From an uncultured Planctomycetaceae bacterium (GTDB lineage Bacteria; Planctomycetota; Planctomycetia; Isosphaerales; Isosphaeraceae), in contig CAWIAD010000002.1 in the NCBI GenBank assembly GCA_963833985.1, positions 4,960,001 to 5,024,000 on the forward strand: a stretch of 64,000 nucleotides of DNA, in the 5' to 3' direction. Under the pieces are notes generated by a model that worked only from the letters and a program-made list of their open reading frames with translations, did not search any database and was not told the origin of the DNA. Shown one piece after another: positions 20,904 through 32,025 of this stretch (its first letter is position 1; each line of letters begins with the position of its first letter). A program made the position numbers and the translations under genes.

Positions 20904-23827
20904 TCACTCGGCCACGAGCTCCCAGTGGAACGCGGCCGTCTTGCCGTCGATCGTCAGCGCAGCGCCGGCGTTCTCGGGCAGGACCTCCACCTTGGCGGGC
21001 CCGATGCGCTCGCCCGCGTTGTTCAGCACACGCCCCGAGATCTTCCCCGCGTGCCGCCAGATCACCCTGGCCGTCACCGGCTCCTGGAGGAATGGCGGCC
21101 GGCCTGGGTCGGCCAGGTCCCGCCTGAAGCGGTCCACCCAGCGGAACCCGGTGGGCTGCACGCGCCCCAGGACCGTCACGAGCAGGCGCTTCGCCGTGGC
21201 GATCGGTTCGGGGCCGGCGGAGCTGGCAACGACGACGGCGTAGGGGTTGTCCGAGGACACCTCCACACTGGCCAGCGTGACCGGCTCGCCGCCGAACCAG
21301 CCGGCCATGCCCTGCGTGTAGGGCGTGTCGATCACCAGCCGCCCGCGGGAGGGATCCCAGCCAGGGATCCCGGCGGTGGTCCGGCCGCGCCTGCGCCAGG
21401 GGCGCCGGATCGGCCTGAGTGTTCGGCCTCGCCACGATGCCCTTCGCGATCATTCTGCACCTTGCCTCCGGCAGCCGGGTCCTGACCACGCAGCAGGATC
21501 GAGGCAACATGCGGCCAGAGGGCGTAGACGTGAGGGCAGCCGTTGGTCACCTCGGGAATCTGGAAGATGTCCTCCACGCCGTTGGTGCCCACGGGTCCGC
21601 GGCCCCAGAGCACGGGATAGAGGAAGATCCCACGCCGGACCAGGGCGTCCCACTCTTCGTGCGCGGCGGTCTGGGCAGCCAGCAGCACGTCGGCCGCCTC
21701 GTAGGGCAAGGCCCAGGCACCCTGGGTCTGCGGGCACCACTGGCCGGCGGCGTAGGCCACGCCCGCGTGCCGCTTGCGCGGCCGCGGTGCTCAGCGAACC
21801 CTCGCGGCTCCAGAGCTGCGACTTCATGTCCGGAGCGACGAACGTGGACGGGGCCCAGTAGAGGCGGTCATCCACCAGCTCCAGCGGCGGGCCTGCCTGG
21901 GCGGCCGCGAACTCCGGCTCGCGCCGCCAGTGCGAGCAGCCGGCGATGGGCACCCGGAGCTTCTCCTTGCGGAGGGCTTCCACCATCTCCTTGTAGTGCG
22001 CCATCTCGACCGACTGCCAGAAACGCCGGCCCGTGCCGCTGGCATTGGTGGTGCGCTGGCCGATCGTCCGCAGGTCCTGGGCGTACTCGCCGGGTAGAGC
22101 GTCGGGGTGGTCGATGAGATCGAACAGCGAGACCTCTCCCAGCAGCGTCACCCAGGCCAGCGCCGGGTCGTCCTTGAGCGCAAGGCCCGTCTCATCGTTG
22201 ACTCTTCCCAGCAGCGACCGGGCCGCTTGCAGCCCGAGCTGAGTGATGGTGGGGTCAAACAGGGCAGCGGGTCCGCCACCGGCGGGAAGCAGGCCCGGAA
22301 TGGCCACGCCGTCCTGGTCACGGAATCGGCGGCTGCTCTGGAGCTCGAGCGCCACGTAGATGCCGCGCGCCTTGAGGGCCGCGACCAGGTGATCAAGCCG
22401 CTTCAGGGCGTTGGGGTCGAAGGCCTTGGTGTCGTCGCGGCTGTCGTCGAAGAGGCTGCGGTCCGGGCCGATCGCCGTATCCAGGTCACCCAGGCGCACC
22501 AGGTTGATTCCCGAGCGCGCCAGCCGGTCGGCCAGCTCATCCGCGCGTGCAGGCTCGAGAAACGCCGTGGGGGCGATCAGGCTCACCCCGTGAAACCGCG
22601 CCCGGCCCCCCTTTTCAAAGGTGAGCCGGCCGTCCTTGGCCTTGACGAACCCTTTCATGCCCGCCGGCGCGGGCACCAGGAACGAGAAGTCGAGCGCTGA
22701 TCGGGCGGCGATCGCTGGCGAGGGGGGCACGGCCAGCCAGTTGTCGGTGTCTTCCTCGCTGTGGAAGGGCGCCCAGGATCCCACCTCGGCATTGGGAGAG
22801 GCGGTGATCACCACGTCGTCAATCTCGATCTTACCGATGGGATCACCCTTCTCGAACTGGATCACGGCGCGGGTGGCGCCGGCCGGGACGACGATCTCGT
22901 TCACGTCCCTGCGCCAGTCGAAGCTGCCGCCCCACTGGAACGCCGGCAACCCGGTCTCGGTCCCCGGAATCGGCCTGCCGGAGTTATCGACGAAGAAGAA
23001 GATCGCCGCGGCCCCTCCCCCTCCGCGCAGGCCCGTGGCGCGGGCGTAGACCGAGATTGCCAGGGCCCCGAGCCCTTCGACCGGCAGCGCCAGGCCCGTC
23101 AGGACCCGCGCGCGGTGTGCGCCAGCTCAACGGCCGCGGCGGACTGGTGGCCGGGGAACACGCGCTCGGCGTCGTTGTTGACATACCAGTACGAAGGCGC
23201 GGGATCGCCGAGCTCGAAGTCGCCGTTGACCACCAGGTTCGTCGTGGGTGCCTCGCCAACCGGCACCAGATCCACCGTCAGCCCGTCGATGTCGAGAACG
23301 CCCTTGGCCCCCATGAGCCCGACCGACATGATGGCGTCGCGCGTGCCGGGCGGGACGGGAATGCGCTTCACCACGCGGGTCCAGCGCGGGCCGACGGTAT
23401 GCGTCCAGGGACCGAACGTGCCGCGTGAGAGGTGCCGCAGCGAGTCGCCCAGGAAATCAATGAGCATGCTCGGTTCCTCGCCGGAACGTTCGCCGTACTG
23501 GATATTCTCCAGCTTGATCCAGAGCCCCAGGATCACGGCTTCGGTCTGGCGGCCGTCGATGCCGAACGCCCGGCTGAGGCGCGCCGGCCGGCCGCGCTGG
23601 GTGGCGGCGATGCGGACGAAGTGCGGCCCGACGATCCCTCCGCGCGACTGGTAGACGGCGTCGCGGGCGTTGTACCAGCCGTCGGGCACGCCGTCCTTGT
23701 TCGTGTCGTGCTCCAGGTTATCCAGGGCCGGCGGGCCGGGCCGCTCGATCTCGGGTTCCTGAGCGATGCACGGGCACGACGGGGCCAGCAGACCCAGGAA
23801 CAGCGCGGTCAGGGCGTATCGCATCAT
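20904..23827 (-). CDS. Secreted protein with CBM-like modules and a GH5-like glycoside hydrolase domain (frameshifts near 23110, 21775 and 21390)
   Basis: Signal peptide; GVPDGW and NLVVNGDFE CBM-type motifs; RFHGVSL..ADRLARSGINLVRL, LDHLVAALKARGIYV and DDPALAWV GH-A type motifs; ends LVIDTPYTQG. Spread over four ORF pieces. Confidence 0.7.
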
Positions 23828-24657
23828 CCGTCGGAACTCCTGCTCTTGCCGCTATCAGACCTGCGCCGGCGGCGGGGCGGGTTGTCGTCGTCGGCCGGCG
23901 CCGCCGGAGCAGGCTCGGCCTTCTCCTTGAGCGCCTTGCCGGTCATGGGCACGAAGAGCGTGGGCTTGAGCTCCTTGTCATAGAGCTTGCCGTCCTTCTT
24001 GATGACCAGATGCACGATTTGCGTGAACCGGTCGCCCAGCGGGATGACCATCCGCCCCCCCTCCTTGAGCTGCTCGATGAGCGGGCCGGGAATCCGGTGC
24101 GGGGCGCAGGTGACGATGATCGCGTCGAACGGCGCCGCGCTCGGCCAGCCCTCGTAGCCGTCTCCGATGCGCGTGTGGATGTTGGTGTAGCCGAGCTCCT
24201 TGTGCACCGCGGTGGCGCGCTGAGACAGCGGGGGATGGATCTCGACCGAGTAGACCTCCTTGACCAGCCGCGAGAGGATGGCCGACTGGTAGCCCGAGCC
24301 CGTGCCCACCTCGTAAACCTTGTCGGTCGGCTTCGGATCGAGCACCTCGGTCATGAAGGCCACATCGTAGGGCGGCGTGATTGTCTGGCCCTCGCCGATC
24401 GGGATCGACTCGTCGTCGTAGGCCTGCCGCCTGGTGCCAGGGGGCAAGAACTTATGCCGGGGCACCGTGCGAAAGGCCTCGAGGACCCTTGGATTCTTGA
24501 TCCCATGCTCGGCCAGGTGCCTCTGCACCATCCGGTTCCGCGCCGCGGCCGTGGGATCGGCCGGCTCTTCCGTTTTCTGGTCCTGGGCGCTGGACCGCTC
24601 CGCGATTCCGATCGCGCAGATCAAGACCAGAATCAGCGCGAGAGATTGCCTCATCAT
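23824..24657 (-). CDS. pcm: Protein-L-isoaspartate O-methyltransferase with an N-terminal signal peptide
   Basis: VPRHKF, PIGEGQTI, EVGTGSGYQSA, GDGYEGWPSAAPFDAIIVT and QLKEGGRMVIPLG. Confidence 0.93.
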   Translation of the reverse strand: MMRQSLALILVLICAIGIAERSSAQDQKTEEPADPTAAARNRMVQRHLAEHGIKNPRVLEAFRTVPRHKFLPPGTRRQAYDDESIPIGEGQTITPPYDVAFMTEVLDPKPTDKVYEVGTGSGYQSAILSRLVKEVYSVEIHPPLSQRATAVHKELGYTNIHTRIGDGYEGWPSAAPFDAIIVTCAPHRIPGPLIEQLKEGGRMVIPLGDRFTQIVHLVIKKDGKLYDKELKPTLFVPMTGKALKEKAEPAPAAPADDDNPPRRRRRSDSGKSRSSDG

Positions 24658-24689
24658 GATTCCGCTCCCCGGGGCATCGGTCGGTCGTG

Positions 24690-27600
24690 TCAGTGCCTTT
24701 CCATCATATCCTGCGACAAGGCTTTTTCATCAGGTTGGCCGGAAGCCAGCTCTTCCCTGGGCATGGAGGCAAAGTGCTCCAGCAGCATCCGGTGGATGAA
24801 GATGTACCCGCCGCCAACCTTTTGAAGGAAGTTCAACTCGTTCGCGGCATAGTCCAGAAACCGGACGAGGTTCAGCGGCGCTCGCCCTCGCACGTAAAGA
24901 AACAGCCGGAGCAGGTAGTGCAGCAGGACGTCCAGGCCGCCAAACCACGAGCCGGCGAAACATGCGATGGCCAGGCCGATGGCGACACCGTTCCAGCACG
25001 CGGGCATCACGTCCGTCCAGGCAGAAACGGTTGGAGGCGATGGATGGTACAGGTATGAGAACAGGCTGACGAACAAGGCCGGTACGATGGACACGATGAG
25101 TGCGCCCGTGATCGCCCAGCGGATCGACAGCCGGATCCCCTGGTTCGGGGACGACTTCATCTCGGTCACGCCGGCAGACCACCCCGCGAGAAAGCCGTAG
25201 AGGAGGGCCAGGACCATGGTCAAGAACAGCAGGAAGCCGGCGAAACTCGTGTTTACGAAGAAAACCAGCAGGCTGAGCAACAGCGCGGATCCACAACCCA
25301 GCTTCCATCCCCGCACTGCCCGACTCCACGACCAGCTCAACGTCTCCACGGGCTCGATGTCGCTGCCGGGTCGCTGCCGGGCGCGCCTCATGCTCCAGAT
25401 CAAGATGAAGAGCGGCAGCAAGGTGAGAAAGGAAACCGCGAGCGGGCCGTAGAGCTCATCCTTCTTGTCGGAATCCGAGTTCGGCGGCGAAGCGGCGACG
25501 AGCAGCAAGAATCCGAAGAACCACGTCAGAAAGATCACTCCAGCGAGCACAAGAGCATAAATGAGATGGAGCCGGGGCGCGGGTGTCCCGGGCGTGGCCG
25601 CTTGTGGAACCGTCCCTTGCCGCAGGTCCACCAATCCAGCGCCCAGGCCCACGCAGAATCCGAAGAGTGCGTGAACCGCCAGTGCAATCGGCGCCGCCTG
25701 GAACCAGATGGAGACCCCTCCCAGCACCAGGCCATAGAAAAGACCGACGAGGATCCGGGTGCCAAGCGTGAAAGCAGCCCGCTCCCAGGTCGATTGCAAC
25801 CAGCTTGGCTGAAGCTGTTCCAGCATGAAAACCGTTTGCCCGTGCTGCTGCATTCCCCGCGCCAGCCAGGACAGCCAGGCCTTCGTTTTCGCTTCCGTGT
25901 AGGGAAGATGGGTGTTTCCGGCCCTTTCACCCACGGCGTCCTCCCTGCGACGCGATGCGGAACTGGCGCTCGACATAGGCATTCATGAGTTCGCGCTTGC
26001 GTTGCTCGAGAGACGTGAAACCTTGCTTCTCGAGCGCGCCGGGGGACAGGTCCTCGTAGGTGCGGATCATCATGCTCAGCATGAAAGGGGTCTGGGCCAG
26101 AACCCGCAGGGACGAATCCATCTGGAGTAGATGCCGCAGTGATTCGACCCGGCTGCCGGCTCGATCCAGGTGCGCCGCGATCTGCTCGCGCGTCAGCGAT
26201 CGGAGCCGGACGGCCCCATTCAGAGCCAGGCGCGAGGGAAGCTCGATATACTCATTGAAACGGCAGCACACGACGACACCGGTCAGGCTGGACTGCGTGA
26301 ACTTATTGATGGCCTGCACACAGGCGGCCCGATGTTCGGCGCTGACCTCGTCGAGACCGTCCAGGAAGACACGAAGCCGGTTTTGCTCGATCCAGGTCTG
26401 AGCGGCTGCCCTGGGGATGGAATACTTCGTTCCCAGCTCCTCGGTCAGCCAGTTTTCCAGAGCGCCACGCCGGTCGGCCCACGACGTGAGGTTGAACACG
26501 ACGGGAACCGGCAAGCCGGGGTCCCGCGCGACCCGATCGACCCACTCGCGGACCAGCGACAGCATGACGGTGGTCTTCCCCGCGCCGGGCACGCCCAGGA
26601 TGAGAAACGAGCCGCCGAGTTGATCGCACAGACTCGCGATCGGCTGCCTGGTGTCCAGCGGCATCTTGCCCCAGGGGCTGTCAACCATTTCGGGAAGCGT
26701 ATCCACTTCCAGCAAGATAAGGCCGGAACGGCCCAGCGAGCCGTCCAGAACGTCTTCCACCCAGAACTTCTGCACCTTGCGAAGCAGGATTGGCAGGCCG
26801 CTCGGTTCCGGAGCCGAGGAGGCCGACGGGACTGGGGGCACCGAGAGGAGCGGTACCGGAGCATGTACCACCGTGGAGGCTGAGGGTACCGGATTCTCCG
26901 GGAAGAGTGCGCCGCTGGCGTCAATGTCGAACAACTGGCCGTCGACCGAGCGCATGTGAAGCACCGGGGTGCCCCATTCCATGGTATCGACCATCGCCAT
27001 GCTGATGGCGATGCGCGCTTCGGTGACCGCCTCGTCCACCGCCAATCCTTCCGCCAGGGCATCGTAGAACATGCGCGAGAACTCCAGGGCGGCCCGGTCC
27101 GTGATCATATCCTGCATCGATACGACGGCCGGGATACCCCGCCGCGCGATCACCGCGCCGGTGCTCGAAAGCAGGTCCGTTTCGCTCGAGCGGGCGCCCT
27201 CGCATGAGTTCAGGACCACGAGCTTCAACGATTCATGATTGGCCAGCAATCGCCCGAGCTGGTTAGCCATCAGAAGGTGGCTCTTCCCCTGCTCGTCCTC
27301 CAGCGCGATCTGACCCTCCTGCACCGTGGCGTCGAAGTCGCCATGACCGATGAAATGAAAAACATTCCAGGGGCTGCCCCGCATGGCCTTCTGCAAGTCG
27401 CGCCAGGTTGAGCCATCCAGCCAGGTCAGCGACACCTGACCTCGCTCTAGCAGATGCTTGATGGCCTCGGCCATGTGCTCTTTCTCTTTCTCCACATCGA
27501 GTCGAGGTAGGTCCAGCGGGCTGGCCACCATGCCGAGAATACGCAAGGGAGGGCTGATGGTCAGGGGAGGCGCCGGCCGAGGCATCTCCAGGTAACGGAT

Positions 27601-28062
27601 CAGCGGCGTTTCCTTCGCGAGGCACAGGTACTCATTCTCCGCTTCGTCAAACAGGTATTCCCACGGGAGCGCGGCGAGTTGCGGCGACTCGATCCGGAGG
27701 CGGACGCGCAGGCCCTTGCCTTGCGAGCGCGCTGCGATCAGGCTGCTGCGATAACAACTGCGGATCTCCGATGGAAGCAGGGATTCGAAGAGGCTGTGCC
27801 CGAGGTTTCGCACGCTCTCGCCCGGCCCCGTCTGGCCCACCGGGACAGCGAGCAATTCGCGCCGGGGATCACTGACCTGGCGCGTCGTCGCCCCGAAGCC
27901 GTGCGCGGCCCTGAGCGTCAGAAGATGGGTCTTAACGTCCCGCTCGTCCGGAGGATGGAAGCTCGTGGCCGAGGCTTCACCGGCGGGAGCACGAACCACC
28001 GCGATGGCATGAGCCCCGCCCGCGTCCTGGCTCATCCTCACTTCAAAGTCGAGGAATTCCAT
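24690..28062 (-). CDS. CHAT (caspase-like) protease + NACHT NTPase + multipass membrane domain; split near 25950
   Basis: CHAT motifs LPWEYL, FHFIGHG and LVVLNSCEG; NACHT motifs GVPGAGKTT, FLDGLDE and CCR; WLSWLA; several TM helices; C-terminal LQKVGGGYIFIHRMLLEHFA. Removing base 25950 fuses the two ORFs. Confidence 0.85.
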
Positions 28063-28477
28063 GAATGCCGCCGGCTTGCACCCCGCGCATGAGCTTGTCG
28101 CTTCTGCTTCACCCTGAGAGACCGCATTGAATAGCGGTTCGAACACGTGTCGAGGCAAAGATACAGTGGCACGCTTCCTCGATCAATGCAATGCGTCGGC
28201 GCAAAGTTTCCGCCCGGGCCCCTGCGGCAAACTCTTCTTGCGGCGCGGCCAGGTCGAGGACCGGGACGGCGTCGCGGCAGAGGACTGTAACCTCCGCGAA
28301 ACCTGGTATGATGGAGGTTGGATATCCGACGAAGCCTGGTCGGGTCTGAGCGAGGCAAGAGTCACCGGTCCCGACGCAACCTCCGCCGGCTGTCTGACCG
28401 CGGTAGCGATCCGCGGTCTTCAGCCTCGAGTCACCATCCCAGCTAGGGGTGGACCATCGTCTCGGAAGGAGGACGCC

Positions 28478-29206
28478 ATGTACCAGAAAACCGCAGCCGA
28501 GCACTTTACCGAGGCCATCACCCGGTTGAGCAGGCAGCCTCATCCGTTCGCGCCGGCCGGCGAGCAGCCCCACGCCGATCCGCCTGAAACCGGCGCGCGG
28601 ACTGCCTTCTCAGTCTCGATCAGCCGCGAGGCCGGTTCGGGCGGCATCAGCGTGGCACGCGAGGCCGGCCGGCGCCTCGGGTGGCCGGTGTTCGAACACG
28701 AGATCCTGGAAAACCTGGCCAGGGAACTGGGGACCGACGCCACGTTCCTGGAGGACTACGACGAGCGCCGGGGTAGTTTCCTGGTGGACACGATCAAGGC
28801 CTTCTCGGCGCAGGCCAGCGTTTCCGAGATCGCCTACTTCCGCCGGCTCGTCCGCATGCTGCACGCCCTGGGCACGCAGGGGGAATGCGTGATCGTGGGC
28901 CGGGGCTCGTCGTTCGTGCTGCCGCTCGAGACAACTCTGAGGGTGAGGATCATCGCCGCACGCGACGATCGCGTCGCGTACCTGGTCCAGGAACGGAAGA
29001 TCACTCCGGCCGAGGCCGCACGGTTCGTGGACACCAGGGACCGGGACCGGCAGAAGTTCATCAAGGACCATTTCCACAAGGACCCGGCCGACCCCTTGAA
29101 CTATGACCTGATCCTGAACCGTTCCCGGTTCAGCGTCGACGAGACCGCCGAGCTGGTCATCGAGAGCCTTCAGCGCATGCAGGCACGCAAGACGCTCAAA
29201 CCGTAG
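28478..29206 (+). CDS. Cytidylate kinase-like family protein
   Basis: GGAGG RBS, ISREAGSGG, CVIVGRG and D..R..F...F..DP.DP..YDL.LN. Confidence 0.85.
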   Translation: MYQKTAAEHFTEAITRLSRQPHPFAPAGEQPHADPPETGARTAFSVSISREAGSGGISVAREAGRRLGWPVFEHEILENLARELGTDATFLEDYDERRGSFLVDTIKAFSAQASVSEIAYFRRLVRMLHALGTQGECVIVGRGSSFVLPLETTLRVRIIAARDDRVAYLVQERKITPAEAARFVDTRDRDRQKFIKDHFHKDPADPLNYDLILNRSRFSVDETAELVIESLQRMQARKTLKP

Positions 29207-29315
29207 AGCGGAATGCATTCCGTGCAGCGAAAGACCTGAGCACGCGGGAATGCCCCTGTGCCATTGACACAAAACGACTACCGGGAGCCTTCCTCTTGAA
29301 GAACGTCGGAATGAA

Positions 29316-29344
29316 TTGACAAACTTTGCCAGGTCATCCACGAT
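29316..29344 (+). promoter_or_regulatory. Putative promoter/operator of the antitoxin gene
   Basis: TTGACA, 17-nt spacer, CACGAT. The imperfect palindrome TGACAAA-C-TTTGCCA overlaps the -35 element. Confidence 0.5.
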
Positions 29345-29364
29345 GGCTCTCAGGCGGTGCTCTC

Positions 29365-29640
29365 ATGGCGACCATGAATATTTCCATTCCTGACGAGATG
29401 AAGGCGTTCGTCGAAGAACAGGCCGCAAGGGAAGGGTTCGGGACAGTCAGCGAGTACATGCGCAGCTTGATTCGCGGACTCCAGTTGAAGCAGGCGCAAC
29501 GTCAGCGTGTCGATGGCATGCTGCTCGCTGGGCTGGACTCCGGACCGGCAGCTCCATTAACCCCGGCTGATTGGGAATCGGTCTTGCAAGAAGTCCACAA
29601 GCGTCACAGCGGACGCCAGGATCTACCCCCGGCTCCATGA
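29365..29640 (+). CDS. ParD-like ribbon-helix-helix antitoxin (CC2985 type), orphan
   Basis: MATMNISIPDEMKAFVEEQ..G..TVSEYMRSLIR...LLAGLDSG..P...ADW. Confidence 0.85.
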   Translation: MATMNISIPDEMKAFVEEQAAREGFGTVSEYMRSLIRGLQLKQAQRQRVDGMLLAGLDSGPAAPLTPADWESVLQEVHKRHSGRQDLPPAP

Positions 29641-29664
29641 TGAAGTTCCCTTGGAACAGGCCCC

Positions 29665-30786
29665 TCAGTACGTCCGCCCCAGTTGCTTGACGATCGTCCG
29701 CTTGACCTCGAGCGGGTCGATCGCCCCGACCTTGCGGTAGACCACCTTTCCGTCAGGCGCGAGGATGACCGTGTACGGAACGGGTCCCGGCCACTCCCTG
29801 TCAAGTGCCTCGGCGAAGGCGTCGCGGTTGCTGGAATTGAAGATGAAGTTCGCGGCCGCGACGTGGTTCTCCTTGAGGACCTTGAGCGCATCGTCCTGCT
29901 TCTGAACGTCGTCCAGGCTGATGGTCACCAGCCGGAACCGCCGGCCACGGTACATCCGGTTCATCGTCACGAACTCGGGCAACTCGGCCACGCACGGGCC
30001 GCACCAGGTGGCCCAGACGTTGATGACGGTGAGCTTCGAACCGGGCTCATGCACCAGCTTGCTCACGGCAGCCGCGTCGATCGGTTCCAGGCTCACCGGC
30101 TCGGCATCCCACTTCGCCAGCGACTTGCGGGCATCGGCCTGTTTCTCGGCCCACTTGGTGGAGCAGCCGAAAACGCGCGTCTTCTCGACCGGCACAGGCT
30201 TGCCCGCCAGGAGCGCCTCGACGGCATTGCGGGCGTCATGCGACTTCACGGTCTTCACCTCGGCGTCGTCGAACCGGCCCACGTAGCGCAGCGCGCGATC
30301 CGCGTCAAAGATATAGACGTGCGGCGTGGCGAGCACGCCGTAGGCCTTGGCCACCGACTGCGTCTCACCGTCGTAGAGATAGGGATAAGTAAACCTATGG
30401 TCGTGCGCACGCATCTTCATTTCTTCGAAGGAATCTCCCAGGTCGGTGTAGCCCAGCTCGTCCAGCCGCAACGCTGCGGGGTCGTTGGGAGAGATCGCCA
30501 CCAGGGCCATCCCCTTGTCCTTGAAGTCGCGGTGCAGGTCGGCGATCCGTTGCTCGTAGGCCTGCGCGGTGGGGCAGTGGTTGCAGGTGAAGATGACGAC
30601 CAGCACCTTCGCGCCGGCGAAGTCCTGTAACGTGTAGGTCTTGCCGTCGACGCCCGGCAGCCGGAAGTCGGGCGCCTTCGCGCCGATCGGCAGCGTCGTC
30701 AAGCCGGGCGGATCCGCAGTCGCGGTAGCGGCCCAGAGACCCAGTGCAAGAACAGCCATTGCAAGTTTCACGGCGGCGCGGTTCAT
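29665..30786 (-). CDS. Exported redoxin with two thioredoxin-like domains
   Basis: Signal peptide, APDFRLPGVDG, CNHCP, GCSTKW and WATWCGPC. Confidence 0.9.
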   Translation of the reverse strand: MNRAAVKLAMAVLALGLWAATATADPPGLTTLPIGAKAPDFRLPGVDGKTYTLQDFAGAKVLVVIFTCNHCPTAQAYEQRIADLHRDFKDKGMALVAISPNDPAALRLDELGYTDLGDSFEEMKMRAHDHRFTYPYLYDGETQSVAKAYGVLATPHVYIFDADRALRYVGRFDDAEVKTVKSHDARNAVEALLAGKPVPVEKTRVFGCSTKWAEKQADARKSLAKWDAEPVSLEPIDAAAVSKLVHEPGSKLTVINVWATWCGPCVAELPEFVTMNRMYRGRRFRLVTISLDDVQKQDDALKVLKENHVAAANFIFNSSNRDAFAEALDREWPGPVPYTVILAPDGKVVYRKVGAIDPLEVKRTIVKQLGRTY

Positions 30787-30941
30787 GGTTCCGGCCCTCG
30801 AGGGGGATTCGTGTCGGGTACGATCGTGTAGTCTGATCGCCCGGCGGCAGACGGGCAAGTCCCTTGAGCACACCGGCCGCTTCCGCGATGATCGGGCTCA
30901 TCCACAGGACGGAAACCACACCGAGGCCCGAGGCGATCACG

Positions 30942-32008
30942 ATGAACCTCTCCATGAACCGGCGATCGTGGCTGCAACACGTCGCAGGCGCATCCGCAGC
31001 CTTGGCGTCTGGCCGGACGCGAGCTCTTGCCCGGGCGCCAGACCTCTCACGACTGGCCAGCGAAACGCTCGACTTCATCGTCCGCTGCGCCCGTGATGAC
31101 GGCGGCTACGCACCCTCGCCCGACCCAGCTTACACCGGCAACTCCGACACGAAGTTCAGCGACCTGGCCGCCGTCACCTACGCCGCCGTGCTCGCCCGGA
31201 CCATGGGCTGGGAGCTGCCGCACAAGGATCGCTCGATCGCGTTCCTGCTCCAGCATCAGCGGCCCGATGGCCACTTCGTGAACCTGGCCGGCAAGCATGA
31301 CCCGAAGAGCGACCTGGGAGTTCTCTACAATACCACGCAGGGCGTTGTTGCCCTGCGCGCCCTGGACGCAACACCCGCGCTCGACCCCCTGCCCCGCATC
31401 GCTCCCCTGCTCGCCGGCAACGCCTACAAGAAGCTTCCCTGGTACACGACGAGCTTTTTTCCCCTCCTGTGTGCGGCCCTGAACCGGCCGTTCCCGCGCG
31501 ACTGGCGCGACAAGCTGGCGCACTTCATGGAGGAGAACCAGGCCTCCGACGGATACCTGGGCGACCACGTCGCCGCCAGCTTCCACATGGCGCACTTCTT
31601 CCGGCTTGTGGGTGAGTCCACTCCGCATGCCGAAGCGATGGTGGCCCGCGTGCTGCGAGAGCAGAAACCGGACGGCGGCTGGAACATCAAGGAGCCCGAC
31701 TGGGACGTTCATTCCTGCTTCGACGCGGTATTTGTGCTTCGCCAGCTTGGCGGCGATGGGCCGAAGATCAAGCAGGCGATCGCCCGTGGCGCGGCCTGGT
31801 CGCTCGGCTGCCGCAACCCCGATGGCGGCTTCGGCCACTTCCCCGGCCGTCCCTCCGACATGGACGCGGTCTACTTTCAGTTCGGTACCTTGATCCAGGC
31901 GGGAATCATCCCCGGCGGCGCGGCGACCTGCCCGACGCCCAGACCCTGGGCTGGGGACACGCGATGCAGCCGGGGAAGCTCTACGGCACTGGCTCCGTCA
32001 CGCGCTGA
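30942..32008 (+). CDS. Prenyltransferase/squalene-oxidase-repeat protein with Tat-like signal (frameshift near 31918)
   Basis: NRRSWL Tat-like motif and repeated Q.xDGG(W/F/Y) motifs; C-terminus DLPDAQTLGWGHAM is in a shifted frame. Confidence 0.75.
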
Positions 32009-32025
32009 GCGCAATCGCTTGCCGT

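Noticed and set aside
28109..28470. ORF between the CHAT-NACHT and cytidylate-kinase-like genes as a CHAT substrate
   Set aside because: No convincing start, RBS or family motif; probably a divergent promoter region or gene remnant.
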